From positions 800,001-864,000 of the forward strand of contig OZ242296.1 in the NCBI GenBank assembly GCA_965207735.1: a stretch of DNA of 64,000 bases, given 5' to 3'. The position numbers were made by a program, and so were the translations under genes. The notes beneath the pieces were generated by a model. The model was not told where the DNA came from. It ran no database searches and saw nothing but the letters and a program-made list of their open reading frames with translations. The stretch is from Candidatus Versatilivorator sp. (GTDB lineage: Bacteria; Acidobacteriota; Terriglobia; Versatilivoradales; Versatilivoraceae). Shown one piece after another: positions 19,091 through 26,633 of the stretch (its first letter is position 1; every line of letters begins with the position of its first letter).

Positions 19091-19447
19091 ATGATGGCGC
19101 CAGCAGCAAAAATCCTCTATTGTCGTTGCGCCTACGCCAAGGTAATCGCTCCGGAAGTCAAGGACGAGGTCCTTCAAAGGCTCACGCAATCCGGGGTGCC
19201 CTTTGAGGCCGTGCCCGATTTGTGCGAGATGTCTGCCCGGCGCGATCCGGCGCTCAAACGCTTGGCGGCGGAGGATGGAACCAAGATTGCAGCCTGCTAT
19301 CCTCGAGCCGTAAGGTGGCTTTTTTCAGCAGCCCAGTCCCCTCTGCCTAAAGACACGGTTGATATTGTGAACATGCGCGTTGACAGTGCCGAAACCGTCG
19401 CCCAGGGTCTCCTTCAAGAGCATTCGAAAGGAGAAGATTCATCGTGA
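19091..19447 (+). CDS. small Cys-rich protein resembling the HdrA N-terminal Fe-S domain
   Basis: YCRC...DLC...IAACYPR...VNMR follows the CxC...LC...AACSPR...NIR pattern; stop overlaps the next GTG. Confidence 0.65.
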   Translation: MMAPAAKILYCRCAYAKVIAPEVKDEVLQRLTQSGVPFEAVPDLCEMSARRDPALKRLAAEDGTKIAACYPRAVRWLFSAAQSPLPKDTVDIVNMRVDSAETVAQGLLQEHSKGEDSS

Positions 19448-20337
19448 TCGCCCCCAAGCTGCCTCTCCAGATCGGCCTCTACCAGAACGGCGGCCACCAC
19501 CTGCTCGGCGAGGACCGGCAGTACGACCTGACCCGCAGCCTTCTGGACAAGGGCTATGCGGTTTCGGTTATCCGTTCGGACAGTCAAATTGGACAAATCC
19601 GGGAAGGGGCCTGGCTCTTTCTGGGGTGCTTCGGCAAGGAAGAAGCGTTTCCGTCCGTGGGAAACGGGAACGGAGCCAAGCTCTACTTCCGGGACATCGA
19701 TGGTCTGGAAACCTCGCAGATACTGGAGGCCGTGGAGCAGGTGCGCGGTGAAACCGAGCTGCCCGATCCGGGCGGCTGGAAACCCTGGTTTCCGGTGATC
19801 GATTACAACCGCTGCACCAACTGCATGCAATGCCTGAGCTTCTGTCTGTTTGACGTCTACGGTGTACACGAGGACAAGATCCAGGTGCAGAACGAGAGCA
19901 ATTGCAAGACGGACTGCCCCGCCTGCTCCCGAGTCTGCCCCGAGGTGGCCATTCTCTTTCCCAAGTACAAGAGCGGTCCCATCAACGGAGACGTGGTGCG
20001 GCAGGAGGACATTCAGCGTGAGGCCATGAAGGTGGACATCTCGGCCCTGCTGGGCGGGGATCTATACGGGTCCCTGCGGCAGCGCCAGACGGAAGCTCGC
20101 CAGCGTTTCTCCACCGAGCGGGACGAGTCTCGAGCCCTGCTGGAGCGCAAGAAGTGCCTGCGCAAGCTCAAGAAGGATTTTGACATCCCGGACGAGGTTC
20201 TGATGAGCCTGCCTTCGGCCGGCGACATCCAGGAGCGGGCCGAACGGGCCAAGGCAAAGCTGGCTGCCCGCCAGGAGCGCTCCCAGACCGTCAGGGACAC
20301 CCGGCCGGCGCCCACCGAAGACGACTGGGGAATCTAG
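19444..20337 (+). CDS. 2x[4Fe-4S] ferredoxin-domain protein
   Basis: CTNCMQCLSFC and CKTDCPACSRVCP; charged helical C-terminal tail. Confidence 0.85.
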   Translation: MIAPKLPLQIGLYQNGGHHLLGEDRQYDLTRSLLDKGYAVSVIRSDSQIGQIREGAWLFLGCFGKEEAFPSVGNGNGAKLYFRDIDGLETSQILEAVEQVRGETELPDPGGWKPWFPVIDYNRCTNCMQCLSFCLFDVYGVHEDKIQVQNESNCKTDCPACSRVCPEVAILFPKYKSGPINGDVVRQEDIQREAMKVDISALLGGDLYGSLRQRQTEARQRFSTERDESRALLERKKCLRKLKKDFDIPDEVLMSLPSAGDIQERAERAKAKLAARQERSQTVRDTRPAPTEDDWGI

Positions 20338-20340
20338 CCG

Positions 20341-21546
20341 ATGCTCACAACTTTGCTCTCCTTTGGCTACCGCGTGGTTCGAACCACCGATGCCCGTCTG
20401 CTGTGGAAGATCGGCTACAACTTCGGGTACAAGGGCATCCGTTCCGTTCAGCGATTCAAGGCCCGGCTCAAGCAGGGACAGACCTTTCCCCCGTTTCTCT
20501 ATATCTCCATCACCAATAGCTGCAACCTGCGCTGCCAGGGATGCTGGGTGGACGTCGACAAGCCCCAGTCCCTGATCAGCTTCGAGGACATGAACCGCTT
20601 GATCGGGAATGCCAAGCAGCATGGGAACAGCTTTTTCGGGATCCTGGGGGGAGAGCCGTTCCTCCATCCCGACCTCATCGCCATCCTGAAGGCTCACCCC
20701 GACTGCTACTTTCAGATCTTCACCAACGGGCACGCCATCACCGACAAGGTGGCCGCCGAGCTCCGCAAGGCCGGCAACGCCACACCCCTGGTCAGCGTGG
20801 AAGGGACCGAAGCCGTCAGCGACGTGCGGCGCGGCCGCAAAGGAGTCCTGAATCGGACCCTGGCCGGCATCCAGGCCAGTCTTCGGCACCGTCTGATCAC
20901 CGGGGTCGCCACCAGTGTCTGCCAGAGCAACTTCGACGACCTGGTCCGGGAGTCCTGGATCGACAACCTCATCGATATGGGAGTGCACTACACCTGGTTC
21001 CACACCTATCGCGCCGTAGGGCCCGTAGCCAACCCCCAGCTGGCCCTGACCGCCGAGCAGGGGCTCCGACTGCGCCGGTTCGTGCTGGATATGCGCAACC
21101 GCAAGCCCATCGGGATCGTGGATGCCTACTACGACGACCGGGGGGAGGCGCTGTGCCCGGCGGCCACCGGGATCAGCCACCACATCAGTCCCTTTGGCGA
21201 CGTGGAGCCCTGCCCCGTGGTCCAGTTCGCCAACGAGTCCATCCACGACAACCAGGGGGACCTGTTCAAGACCATGACCGAGTCGCCCTTGCTGGAGGAC
21301 TTTCGGCGCACGGCCGCCGGGGCTACCCGGGGCTGCATCGTGCTGGAACGACCCGATCTCCTCAAGCAGGTGGTGGAGCGCAACAGCGCTCAAGACACCA
21401 CCCTGCGGCACACAGCCATGCCGGAACTGGAGCAGATGCAATCCAGGCCCAGCCAGTACAATCCGGGCAACGAGCTGCCGGAGGAGAACTGGGCCTACCG
21501 TTTCGCCAAGAAGCACTGGTTCTTCGGATTTGGAGCCTACACCTGA
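20341..21546 (+). CDS. radical SAM enzyme with C-terminal SPASM/twitch-like Cys
   Basis: CNLRCQGC, GGEPF, FTNG; LCPAA..ISPFGDVEPCP...GCI. Confidence 0.9.
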   Translation: MLTTLLSFGYRVVRTTDARLLWKIGYNFGYKGIRSVQRFKARLKQGQTFPPFLYISITNSCNLRCQGCWVDVDKPQSLISFEDMNRLIGNAKQHGNSFFGILGGEPFLHPDLIAILKAHPDCYFQIFTNGHAITDKVAAELRKAGNATPLVSVEGTEAVSDVRRGRKGVLNRTLAGIQASLRHRLITGVATSVCQSNFDDLVRESWIDNLIDMGVHYTWFHTYRAVGPVANPQLALTAEQGLRLRRFVLDMRNRKPIGIVDAYYDDRGEALCPAATGISHHISPFGDVEPCPVVQFANESIHDNQGDLFKTMTESPLLEDFRRTAAGATRGCIVLERPDLLKQVVERNSAQDTTLRHTAMPELEQMQSRPSQYNPGNELPEENWAYRFAKKHWFFGFGAYT

Positions 21547-21587
21547 AGAGGAGTCCCGCCGCGGGAATCCAGGAGGGAGTCGCCAGC

Positions 21588-23378
21588 ATGATCCGGAAGG
21601 TAGTGGACGATCTCAAGCAGGCGCCGGATTCCGGAAACGGAGTTCTGCTGACACTTCCGGCCAAGGTCCCCAAGCAAGCCTATCGCCCGGCTCAGTCCAA
21701 TATTCCCGACGACAAGCGGGTCCGGGTCTTTCTGAAGAAGGTCGTGGCCGATCATGTCCGCACGGTGGGCGCGGTGCCGCCGCTGACCATGGATGAGCTG
21801 CGGGACCATGCCACCGCCGTATTGACGAAGGCCGGGCTGGAAAGCAAGTACCGGGACTACGCCGCCATTCTGGTCGGCAACGAGTCCTGGAGGGATACCC
21901 TGGCGCAGATTCCCTTCAACCGCCGTCTCCTGCTGCTCCCCAAGTGCCTGCGGGTGGAAGAACGCTGTCCGGCCCCCTTCGACGAGTTCGGGCTGCTCTG
22001 CAAGGAGTGCGGGCTGTGCTCTATCCAGGACCTGTCGGTGGAGGCCGAGAGGCTGGGCTACGCCGTCCTGGTTGCGGAGGGTTCGGCTATCGTGCGGCAG
22101 ATGATCGAGACGGGCAAGATCGAAGCGGTGGTGGGAGTCAGTTGCATCAACGTGCTGGAGAAGTGCTTCCCCCATATGGAAGCGGCAGCCGTGCCGGGAA
22201 TGGCCATTCCGCTGCTTCAGGACGATTGCGTGAACACCACCGTGGACCTGGACTGGGTCTGGGACCTGATTCACCTGACGGCCGACGACAAGACCTATCG
22301 CCTCGACCTGGACGGGCTCAAGAGCGAGGTTCAGAGTTGGTTCCGCAGGGAGGCGTTGGCGGAGCTGATGGGCGCGCCCTCGGAGGAGACGGCTGTCATC
22401 GCCCAGGACTGGCTGGCCAAGGCCGGAAAGCGCTGGAGACCCTATCTGGCCACCTGCACCACCATGGCGCTGCAGAGCCACCGGCAGGAGGCCTCCCCCC
22501 AAGCCTCGGCAGACCTGAAGAAGCTGGCGGTGGCCATTGAATGCTTCCACAAGGCCTCCCTGATCCACGACGACATCGAGGACGGCGACCTGGAGCGCTA
22601 CGGCAGCCAAGCGCTGCACGCCGAGGTTGGAATGCCGGTAGCTCTCAACGTGGGAGACTATCTGCTGGGAGAGGGCTACCGCTTGATCTCCGAGCTTTCC
22701 ATCGATCCGGCCGTTCGGGTGGAGATGCTGCGGCTGGCCTCGGAAGGCCACCTGACCTTGAGTCGCGGTCAGGGGTTGGAACTCTGCTGGGCCAGGAGTC
22801 CCAAGCCCCTCTCCTCCCTGCAGGTGCTGGATATCTTCCGCAAGAAGACGGCGCCGGCCTTCGAAGTGGCGCTGCGTCTGGGAGCCTGCCTGGCAGGCGC
22901 CGACGAAGAAACCCACTCCGTCCTGCGCCAGTACAGCCAATCGCTGGGCATCGCCTATCAGATCCGCGACGATCTGGAGGACTACAACGGAAGCGGCGAT
23001 TCCAACGACCTGGAGGCCCTGCGGCCCTCCCTGATTCTGGCCATTGCGCACAAGCGCGCCCTGCAGGGCCGCGAAAAGGACCTCATTTCCTCCCTCTTTT
23101 GCTTGGAGCGTGGCTATTCCCAGGTCTCGGCTGAAGTGCAGCGCATCCTGGTGGAACGCGGGGTCACCGAGAAGGCCGAAGAACTTCTGGAGGCCTACAA
23201 GGAAGAGGCGGTTCGTTCCTTGCGCTTTCTCTCCAACCCGACGCTGAAGGGATTGCTGCGCCGGGTGGTGGGCAAGATCTTCGGCGAGCAGTTCATCGAG
23301 GGCTACTGCAGTGAGTTTGAGGCTCGAAATGCTGCAGGTCGCGCGCCTGGCCCCCAACCTGTTGCGCGAAGCCACTGA
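21588..23378 (+). CDS. DUF116-like Cys-rich domain fused to trans-polyprenyl diphosphate synthase
   Basis: N-terminal LLPKCLR..CPA...CKECGLC...GVSC; C-terminal GKRWRP, IHDDIED (FARM), KKT, QIRDDLED (SARM); AGGAGGGAG RBS before ATG 21588. Confidence 0.85.
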   Translation: MIRKVVDDLKQAPDSGNGVLLTLPAKVPKQAYRPAQSNIPDDKRVRVFLKKVVADHVRTVGAVPPLTMDELRDHATAVLTKAGLESKYRDYAAILVGNESWRDTLAQIPFNRRLLLLPKCLRVEERCPAPFDEFGLLCKECGLCSIQDLSVEAERLGYAVLVAEGSAIVRQMIETGKIEAVVGVSCINVLEKCFPHMEAAAVPGMAIPLLQDDCVNTTVDLDWVWDLIHLTADDKTYRLDLDGLKSEVQSWFRREALAELMGAPSEETAVIAQDWLAKAGKRWRPYLATCTTMALQSHRQEASPQASADLKKLAVAIECFHKASLIHDDIEDGDLERYGSQALHAEVGMPVALNVGDYLLGEGYRLISELSIDPAVRVEMLRLASEGHLTLSRGQGLELCWARSPKPLSSLQVLDIFRKKTAPAFEVALRLGACLAGADEETHSVLRQYSQSLGIAYQIRDDLEDYNGSGDSNDLEALRPSLILAIAHKRALQGREKDLISSLFCLERGYSQVSAEVQRILVERGVTEKAEELLEAYKEEAVRSLRFLSNPTLKGLLRRVVGKIFGEQFIEGYCSEFEARNAAGRAPGPQPVARSH

Positions 23379-24195
23379 GCGGGTCGACGACTTCCTGCGG
23401 AACCAGATCAATCCGGACGGAGGATTCCGGGATCGTGTCGGCCAAAGCGATCTCTACTACACCGTCTTCGGCCTTGAAGGTCTGATCGCCCTGCGACAAG
23501 AGCCGCCTTACTCGCGGGTGCGCCCCTTCCTGGAAGGATTCGGGGACGGCGATGGGTTGGACCTGGTCCATCTGGCCTGCCTGGCCCGCTGCTGGGCAGC
23601 TCTTCCTTCCGGCAGCCTCTCTCCCGAAACCTGCCGGTGCCTGGTCGAAAGGCTGGAATCCTTTCGAGCCGGGGACGGAGGATACGCACCCACCCCTGGT
23701 GCCCCCGCGGGCGCCGTTTACCACGGCTTTTTGGTCCTGGGAGCTTACCAGGACCTGGGGGTTCCCATCCCAGACCCTACGGGGTTGGCAACTTCGGTCC
23801 AGGCGCTTCAATTGGACAGCGGGGGCTTTTCCGGCCGCCCCGGCCTACCGGCCCCTTCCACCCCCAATACCGCGGCAGCCCTGACCCTTCTCCGGCAATT
23901 CGGCTCCCCTGCCCTCCCCGGAGGCTCCGACTGGCTCTTGAGCCAGGCCTGCCCCGACGGCGGCTTTCGTGCAGCGGAAGACACGCCCATTCCCGACCTG
24001 CTCTCGACAGCTACCGCCCTGCATGCCCTGGCCGGGCAACAGGTTTCCTTCCAACACCTCAAGGAACCAACGCTGGATTTTCTAGACACCCTCTGGACCA
24101 GCCGGGGAGCCTTCTACGGAAACTGGACCGACGAGGTGGCCGACTGCGAATACACCTACTACGCCTTGCTCGCCCTGGGCCACCTGAGCCTGTGA
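23311..24195 (+). CDS. prenyltransferase/squalene-oxidase repeat (alpha/alpha barrel) protein
   Basis: QINPDGGF, GDGGY, QLDSGGF, QACPDGGF repeats; DLYYT and DCEYTYY; GTG start overlapping the upstream gene. Confidence 0.8.
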   Translation: MSLRLEMLQVARLAPNLLREATERVDDFLRNQINPDGGFRDRVGQSDLYYTVFGLEGLIALRQEPPYSRVRPFLEGFGDGDGLDLVHLACLARCWAALPSGSLSPETCRCLVERLESFRAGDGGYAPTPGAPAGAVYHGFLVLGAYQDLGVPIPDPTGLATSVQALQLDSGGFSGRPGLPAPSTPNTAAALTLLRQFGSPALPGGSDWLLSQACPDGGFRAAEDTPIPDLLSTATALHALAGQQVSFQHLKEPTLDFLDTLWTSRGAFYGNWTDEVADCEYTYYALLALGHLSL

Positions 24196-24206
24196 GACTC
24201 GGTAGC

Positions 24207-24420
24207 CCCGGGAGCGCGGGCATCCCGCCCCCATCCTTATTCCTGCAAATAGTCTCCCGTCCAGGGTCACTCCCTCGCAAAGCGCACCAAACCCACCTTC
24301 ACGGGGTTCTCTTCCATAAGGCGGAAGGTAAGAAATTGCATTGTTTCCGCTTCGTCGAAGTGCGGGAGGTAGCCACGATCGTGCCAATTCCTCTGCGGGC
24401 GGGACGCCCGCGCTCCCGGG
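24207..24420. repeat. inverted REP pair flanking a RAYT remnant
   Basis: CCCGGGAGCGCGGGCATCCCGCCC (24207-24230) and its 23/24 reverse complement at 24397-24420. Confidence 0.8.
24245..24390 (-). pseudogene. internally deleted REP-associated tyrosine transposase (RAYT)
   Basis: WHDRGYLPHFD..TMQFLTFRL (RAYT N-terminus) joined directly to EENPVKVGLV...*PW (RAYT C-terminus); HUH core absent. Confidence 0.7.
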
Positions 24421-24537
24421 TGGGCCTTGTTGACGGACACCATTGCTTGCACCGCTAAACCAGTCCGAGAAATGATTGCAGTGTAGCCAATGCCCATTGA
24501 AGATAAAATCTCAGGAAATCTCAGGTTTTGGGCTAAC

Positions 24538-26619
24538 CCATCTTTAACACGGCTTCCAAGTATACGTTTATTATCAACAGGTTACAAAAGGCTCAACGCG
24601 CAAGTGGCACTACAAACGCGTTGAAACCGGAGATTTTGGAGGAATCAGACGATCATCTTGCGGATCCCTCCAGGAGAGGGATCGATGCCCAGGGCGTCGT
24701 AGATGGCCCTCTGATCGGGTTCGGCCCGTGTGGCCTTGCGGACGTGCAAGGTCCGCCCGTCCTGACGCCGGAAGGTGACCGTGACCCGCTGCTGTCCTTC
24801 CAGGATGCGCCGCAGCGTGGTCCAACTGGAGGCCTCGCCGCGCTGCTTGAGGCGTTTGCGGATGACCTGCACCAGTTGATAGGCGATGACCGTCAGAAAC
24901 AGGTGACCTTCCGAGCGCACCGGCTTGTGATGATAGATGGGCCGCAGGCCCAGCTCGGACTTCAGGGAGCGAAACACCGCTTCCACGTCGGTCAGAGTCG
25001 TGTAGGTACGCCAGAGACTTTCCTCGTCCCAGTCAGTCTGGTTGCTGCGCAGGCAGTAGACCCCCGGATGGGTGGCCATCGAGCCCTGGCGGGGACGGTG
25101 CTTCCATCTCAGCGCTGTCGCCTTGCGGCCGCTCTCGTCGGTGAGGACCTCGATGCTGTAGTGTTGCCCCACCCCGCGGCTCTGTTCCTTCAGCCGCCCG
25201 ATCCTCTCCCGGACCTTCTCGACGCCTTTGTGAGTCCGCGGCCGGGAAAGCCCCTCGGAGAGTCGGGTGAGCCCCTGCTCGAAGCGCCGGCTGAAGCGCT
25301 CCACGATGCCCTTCTCCTTCTCAGCCCGCTGCTGTGAGCGGCAGTAGAGACGCACTTCCTGCCCGTCGTCGGAGATCTCCTTGTGGAGCTGCAGCTCGGC
25401 CTTGGAAGCCGTCTCCACCGTCACGGCCGCCTCGGCATCGAACTGCCTCCGGCCCTGGCGGCTGGCCACCAGGTAGCGATACCCTTCCTCCCTCAACCAC
25501 TGGATCCGGTCCTCGGTCGCCACCCCCCGATCCATCACCACCAAGGCTCCCCGGGGCGCCTCCAGCGCCTCCAGCATCCCCTCCAGGGTGCGGGGCTCAT
25601 CCACCCTACCGGCAAAGACCTCCGAGCGGCGCACAAACCCCGCCCCGTCCAGCACCAACCCCAGCGTCAGCAGCCGACAGTCGCTGCGCTTGTCCTTCGA
25701 GTGGCCCCGCTCGGCCTTGGGCTGATGGCTGGCCGCCCCTTCGAAGAAGGTGTTGGTCAGATCGAACAGGGTGACGGTCGGCTCCAGATCGAACAACCCC
25801 ATGGCCCGGGTGAAGAGGTGACGCTCGATGGCCTCCCGATGCTTCATCAGCGCGTCCGAGGCCCGATACATCTGCATCAGACTCAGGCTCTCGAAGTCAA
25901 CCTCCAGCAACTCGCCCAAGCCGCTGCGCCGCCTGAGCCAGCCCCAGGTGGCCCTCTCCGAGCCCGGTCGGGCCAGACGGCCTACCATGGCCCCCAACGC
26001 CGCTGCCCGCATCGGTCCGTTCAGCCCTAACTCGGTCAGCAGATCCCCCAGCCCCAACTGCTCCAGCGCCCAGCAACCGACCTGCTCCACCCCCACGCTG
26101 CGCGGACGTGTCAAGGCCACCGAATCCACCTCGACCGTCTGCAGGTCCTCTGAGGCGGCCTCCCCGCCAACGCCGGTCACGTCGGCTTCGCCCTCAAGCA
26201 AGCGCTGGGCCATGCGTTGGGCTTCCTCCTCCAACGGGGTGGAAGCCACCGGCAAGAGAGGCAACTGACCGGTGAGGATCTGATCGAGACGGCGGCACAA
26301 CAAGGGCCAGTCCTCACGGGGGATCGAGAAGTGTCGACCGAGGTTGAGGAGGGTCTGCTGGCGGACCTTGCCACTGACGCGATGGGAGCGGACGAGGCGG
26401 TGGGTGAAGTAGGTCTGTCCGGAATGGAGGCTGCGGGTCTGGGTGCGTCGGATGAACATGGGAGGGACGCTACCAGAGGAGAGAGAGGGGGTCAAGCCCA
26501 TCCCATACGATTATGGCACTACATTCACCTCCTCAACCAAGAATCAACAACTTACGGGTGGTTTTAGGCTAAAATGGGGGTAAAATACCTCAAATCGGCC
26601 GTTTCTTTGTTAAAGATGG
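24538..26619 (-). mobile_element. IS1634-family insertion sequence
   Basis: TIR CCATCTTTAACA / TGTTAAAGATGG; direct repeat GCTAAC on both sides (boundary ambiguous by 1 bp). Confidence 0.88.
24645..26459 (-). CDS. IS1634-family transposase
   Basis: MFIRR...RQQTLLNLG, FDLTNTFFEG, RGHSKDKRSD, VMDRG, VEAVFRSLKSELGLRPIYH. Confidence 0.92.
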   Translation of the reverse strand: MFIRRTQTRSLHSGQTYFTHRLVRSHRVSGKVRQQTLLNLGRHFSIPREDWPLLCRRLDQILTGQLPLLPVASTPLEEEAQRMAQRLLEGEADVTGVGGEAASEDLQTVEVDSVALTRPRSVGVEQVGCWALEQLGLGDLLTELGLNGPMRAAALGAMVGRLARPGSERATWGWLRRRSGLGELLEVDFESLSLMQMYRASDALMKHREAIERHLFTRAMGLFDLEPTVTLFDLTNTFFEGAASHQPKAERGHSKDKRSDCRLLTLGLVLDGAGFVRRSEVFAGRVDEPRTLEGMLEALEAPRGALVVMDRGVATEDRIQWLREEGYRYLVASRQGRRQFDAEAAVTVETASKAELQLHKEISDDGQEVRLYCRSQQRAEKEKGIVERFSRRFEQGLTRLSEGLSRPRTHKGVEKVRERIGRLKEQSRGVGQHYSIEVLTDESGRKATALRWKHRPRQGSMATHPGVYCLRSNQTDWDEESLWRTYTTLTDVEAVFRSLKSELGLRPIYHHKPVRSEGHLFLTVIAYQLVQVIRKRLKQRGEASSWTTLRRILEGQQRVTVTFRRQDGRTLHVRKATRAEPDQRAIYDALGIDPSPGGIRKMIV

Positions 26620-26633
26620 GCTAACCATATCCG

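Noticed and set aside
17430-20337. Sulfur-oxidising sHdr-LbpA pathway or glycine cleavage system
   Set aside because: No flavoprotein HdrA, HdrB/C, TusA, DsrE, lipoate ligase, GcvT or GcvP present
20541-21587. 945-aa ORF suggesting a long N-terminal extension of the polyprenyl synthase
   Set aside because: The extension is an alternative frame over the radical SAM gene with low-complexity R/P/G sequence; a strong RBS precedes ATG 21588
21537-23411. Long antisense ORFs (also 20062-21516, 28581-30269, 38561-39853, 43358-44869, 46039-47340)
   Set aside because: Shadow frames opposite well-supported genes, expected in high-GC DNA, with no motifs
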